Source of the DNA: Rhizodiscina lignyota | Lineage: Eukaryota | Direction: 5' to 3' | Assembly (NCBI GenBank): GCA_010015805.1 | Contig: ML978123.1 | Span: forward strand, 2,852,001-2,916,000 | DNA: 64,000 nucleotides | Shown here: positions 60,627 through 64,000 of the stretch, one piece after another | Position numbering within the stretch: the first letter of the stretch is position 1 | How the letters are laid out: each line of letters opens with the position of its first letter | Notes under the pieces: generated by a model | Seen by the model: the letters and a program-made list of their open reading frames with translations, nothing else | What the model was told of the DNA's origin: nothing | Databases searched by the model: none | Position numbers and translations under genes: made by a program

Positions 60627-62313
60627 TTACATGAACGCCCACAGCGCGACCGCCAATGCAACGACCAAGCTCACCGTGCTATGCGCCTCGAATCGTCCCA
60701 CACCGCTGCCATGGATACCGAGAAGTTCATCCTGCTCACCAAACGTGACATTCTGCTGGACGGTGCTGTTCAGGCATTGGCCATTCACAATGTCCAGGTT
60801 CGTCAGGTCGTCTGGAGTAATGAAGAACATGTATGTGTTATTCTTCAGCCCCTTAAAACCGCTCGTGTCGTATGGGAACTTGTCATCGTCGGTAGCGCTG
60901 GTGTTTCTTAAAAAGATGCACTGCACCTGGCTCGGATGGTCGTGCGCGAGCTGGGGATAGTCCTTCATCACATCGCTGTTCGAGGTGTCCGCAACCAGGA
61001 TAAATTTGCGCTCCGGGAAGGTTGCAAAGATCTTGTCAAGGAGGAATTTGCGGATTGAAAGGGTGGCTGACACATCGCTGAAGTTCAATGGACGAGTGTC
61101 GAAAGAGCCACCAGGGTAGGTTTTGTAGATGAAGTCCATGTAATTACGGGTAATCTGCTCGGGCGTTGTCGTGAGATAGTGAAAGTGCATGTTTGGCAGA
61201 CTACGCGACCAATTGGCATAGATGGAGGGCATATTGAGCCATGGAGTAAACGGTCGCGCGAAGGAGTTGAGGAGGCCTTCCTTCGGTTCGTAAATCTTTG
61301 TGACACGAAGGATATCATCGATATCAGAAATGATTGTGAAGCCTGTAGGTGGGACTAGGTAGGCGGTCGCATTCCCGAGTGTCGCATTGCGGGCGAAGAC
61401 GTTCAGCTTTTGGATCTGTTCGGTTTCGTTGCCTGCCAGAAGACCACCTCCAGAGACGTTTCGTATTGGGAGAAAGACATCGAAATCGCCTTCAGAGGTC
61501 GTAGGGTTTGGGAGACTAATCGATTGATTGCCACCGCTGGGTGTGATGCCACCGCCACCTCCAGGTTGGCCACTTGACCCTGCAGACGACGCAGGCTCAA
61601 GGTCCATGGTAACGTTTACATCGCCTTGTTGAACAATGAAAATCTCGGCCGTCAAATTTCGGGCTTGGTCCTGCTGTGAAGGTGGTAGGTCTTGGATATC
61701 CGTGCCGATGAGGAAGACGTTGGCAAGATCATTTAACTTGGACACCGAAGTATTTGGTTGCTTGTACACCTGAAAGATATTAGGTTTGCCCATAGAGTTT
61801 TCTCAAGCAATTTGAACCTACATTTCCATGGAAGCGGACATTCCATCCCTGATCAGTCCAATTCGCGTATGGAGGTACATTCAAGACCTGAGTGGGTAAC
61901 GCTGCAAGTTGGCTGCTATCTAGGCCCAAAGAGCTTTCAACCTTGTCACCAGTGGGGAAATTCTGAAAGAAGTTTGGAATGCCTGGAAAGGGAATTAGCC
62001 ACGTGCTTCATCCCTCACATGCATTTTCGCTGATGCCGCTCTGCGGAGCAGGTACAAACTCACCCGACGCGACATATGACGGCACATCCGATCCCAGGAA
62101 ACTCAATACTGAGTTCACATCATTGTCCAAGTCACTGAGAATATCTCGCCTATGTTTGTATGTTCGAGTGGGATCGCGTTGAACGAGGGACGGAGGAGGA
62201 GTGATCTGAGGAGCAGCTTCGGCGACGGCGGCGGGACCAGGCGCTGGTGAACCCTCGCCGAGATTTGCCAGTATCGCTAGGAGTAGCGACTGAGGTAAGA
62301 TTCTGGATCGCAT
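60627..62313 (-). CDS. Secreted, probably GPI-anchored APP1-like (DUF2183, HAD-fold) phosphatase, 3 exons
   Basis: Signal peptide MRSRILPQSLLLAILANLGEG; PYANWTDQGWNVRFHGN|VYKQP; ISDIDDILRVT; FHYLTTTP; FPERKFILVAD; hydrophobic C-terminal tail VSLVVALAVALWAFM. Confidence 0.85.
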
Positions 62314-63146
62314 GTTGTACGACTACAGCGGAGTCTATGTAAGAGGCAATTCGGACACTTTGCTGGGGTTAGTTCCAAATCGCGTGCCCTCAGCAATGAC
62401 GTCGAAGCTTTGTGGAGAAGGATCCACAAGCAAAGTAACGACTGAACGAGACGCGAGGTATGCAACAGCGAGGGGAGAAGGAGGAACGACAGTCGCCGCT
62501 CGAAAATAGAGAACTGGCGAGGTAAGCTGCGTTTGAGATTAGGAAGTCGCTCGCTGTTGTTTTGTTGCAAACGAACCCCTGCTTCTGCGGTTGCCAGGCA
62601 TTGCACAGTGAAATGACGTCTATTCGCCAGGGCAGCTAGACTTGTAGGGTTAGCAAATGCGAAGTGGACAAACCAACAACTCTCCGCGCCATCTTATTCG
62701 CCGAGAATACGGTTTCAGCGCCAGTGTAACCAGATGTGGCAGTGCATGAAGAAAAGCAGGGAAATTTCAAGGCCGAAACTGGCCGGCATGGAGATCGTGA
62801 GTTCCTTGGCTCTTTTAACAAGTAGGTACAAACTAATATTTAATGAGTCTCACTCGGCCTCAGAGGCAAATGATACATTTATAGGTCTGTAGAATTATAA
62901 TGGAGTGGCTGATTTATAAAACGACTTGGCACTGTGTTGTTCAAGAAAGCGTGATGGGTATTTGGAGGCCGTTCCAATCCAGAGAACCTTCATGTCCGCC
63001 CTTCCTGTCCACCAGCCATGATAACCACGCCAATCGAAAGACCTCTAAAGGAACCGACCGTACATGGGTATTCCCAAGAATCCAGAGTACGAAGAAATTA
63101 ATCGTCATTCGCAGTCCTTCCTCACACCAAGGCCAATCTCTTTACT

Positions 63147-64000
63147 TCACTTCATGTTCTCATCGCTCCAACTGACGCTCCTCGATATGCCTCTCTCCCT
63201 CTCCGCTCCACTGCTGCTCTGCGGAGGCGTGCCCATCTGTGGAGGTGGCTGTTGCAGAGCTTGCTGCTGTTGCTCGGCCTGCTCCTTCTTGCCAAACCAA
63301 CCAGTCACACCACCAATCCAGCTGCCCCTGTTGGCGGCCTTAAGACGGGCCTCCTCAGCAGCAGCGTCGGTGCTTTGCTGCACCAAGCGGAGCTGCCTGA
63401 CTTGCTTGCCAGCAAAGACCGTCGTTTGTGGGCGATCTTGGCTGGAAGCGACGCTGCGGGGTGGAGACGGACTGTCGTTGATGCTACTTTCGCTGGTGCC
63501 GGTCAAGGCGGCAAGAGCCGCATCACGGCCAGGCTCGTCAGATGGTACTGCCTGTGATCCAGAAGGAATACGTGCCGCAGCATTTGGGTTCTCTCCCCGA
63601 GTTGGTAAGGCGAAGAAGCTTGTACTCGCTCTGGTCGGGCTGGCGAGGTTGGGGCTGATCTGGTCCGCGGGTGGTTTGTACATGCTGTTCACAATGCCTG
63701 CGGCGCCTGGAAGAGTATTGCCAGATATGGCACGAGTTTGCAAGCCCAGCCCGCCCCCGCTAATACGTTTGCCCTGCGATACTGACTGAGAACGGCCAAG
63801 AGGAATGCTCGGGGCAGTCTCTGGGTTTTCGTTGACAGTGGGGGCAAGATTCGCGTTTCTAGGTGGGCTGCCAGTCTGCGCCATCTGAGATTGAGGGCGA
63901 GGCCGCGCCTTGTTTGGCCCTGCGACGACCGATCTGGCGCGCTGAAGGAAGGTCTGGCCTTGCGGTGCTGGTTCGTTTTCCTTGTCCTTGGGCGGAGGGA
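63147..64000 (-). CDS. 3' end of a hypothetical protein continuing beyond the window
   Basis: The frame of ORF 63147-63884 stays open to the window edge (PPPKDKENEPAPQGQTFLQRARSVV...). Low-complexity Ser/Pro/Gln tail with KAANRGSWIGGVTGWFG. Confidence 0.75.
   Translation of the reverse strand, partial: PPPKDKENEPAPQGQTFLQRARSVVAGPNKARPRPQSQMAQTGSPPRNANLAPTVNENPETAPSIPLGRSQSVSQGKRISGGGLGLQTRAISGNTLPGAAGIVNSMYKPPADQISPNLASPTRASTSFFALPTRGENPNAAARIPSGSQAVPSDEPGRDAALAALTGTSESSINDSPSPPRSVASSQDRPQTTVFAGKQVRQLRLVQQSTDAAAEEARLKAANRGSWIGGVTGWFGKKEQAEQQQQALQQPPPQMGTPPQSSSGAERERGISRSVSWSDENMK

Overview
Gene-dense, intron-containing nuclear DNA from a filamentous ascomycete (Pezizomycotina, probably a Dothideomycete, judged from gene content and short GT..CTRAY..YAG introns). 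About 27 protein-coding loci can be reconstructed by hand. Housekeeping genes include UBC4, TPS2, malic enzyme, ARL8, RPA135, MNR2-type CorA, MAK3, LRO1 and a Tls1/C9orf78-like factor. Also present are two MFS transporters, a lone P450, a divergent Trf4/Cid1-type nucleotidyltransferase, HAM1-like, RCR, BTB and DUF1993 proteins, a secreted alpha/beta hydrolase and a secreted APP1-like protein. I recognised no rRNA, tRNA, CRISPR array or intact transposon. The best leads are: (1) a JlbA/IDI-4-type bZIP gene whose long first exon has no in-frame AUG and appears to start at a CUG, followed 8 nt later by an out-of-frame AUG, downstream of a perfect Gcn4/Cpc1 site; (2) a free-standing His-Cys-box (I-PpoI-like) nuclease domain with intact catalytic spacing in a gene-poor island at about 39-44.5 kb; (3) a probably mitochondrial nucleotidyltransferase with Gln at the apparent third catalytic Asp; (4) a malic enzyme with possible mitochondrial, cytosolic and peroxisomal forms. 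All exon boundaries and family assignments were made by eye and from memory; no database searches were run.
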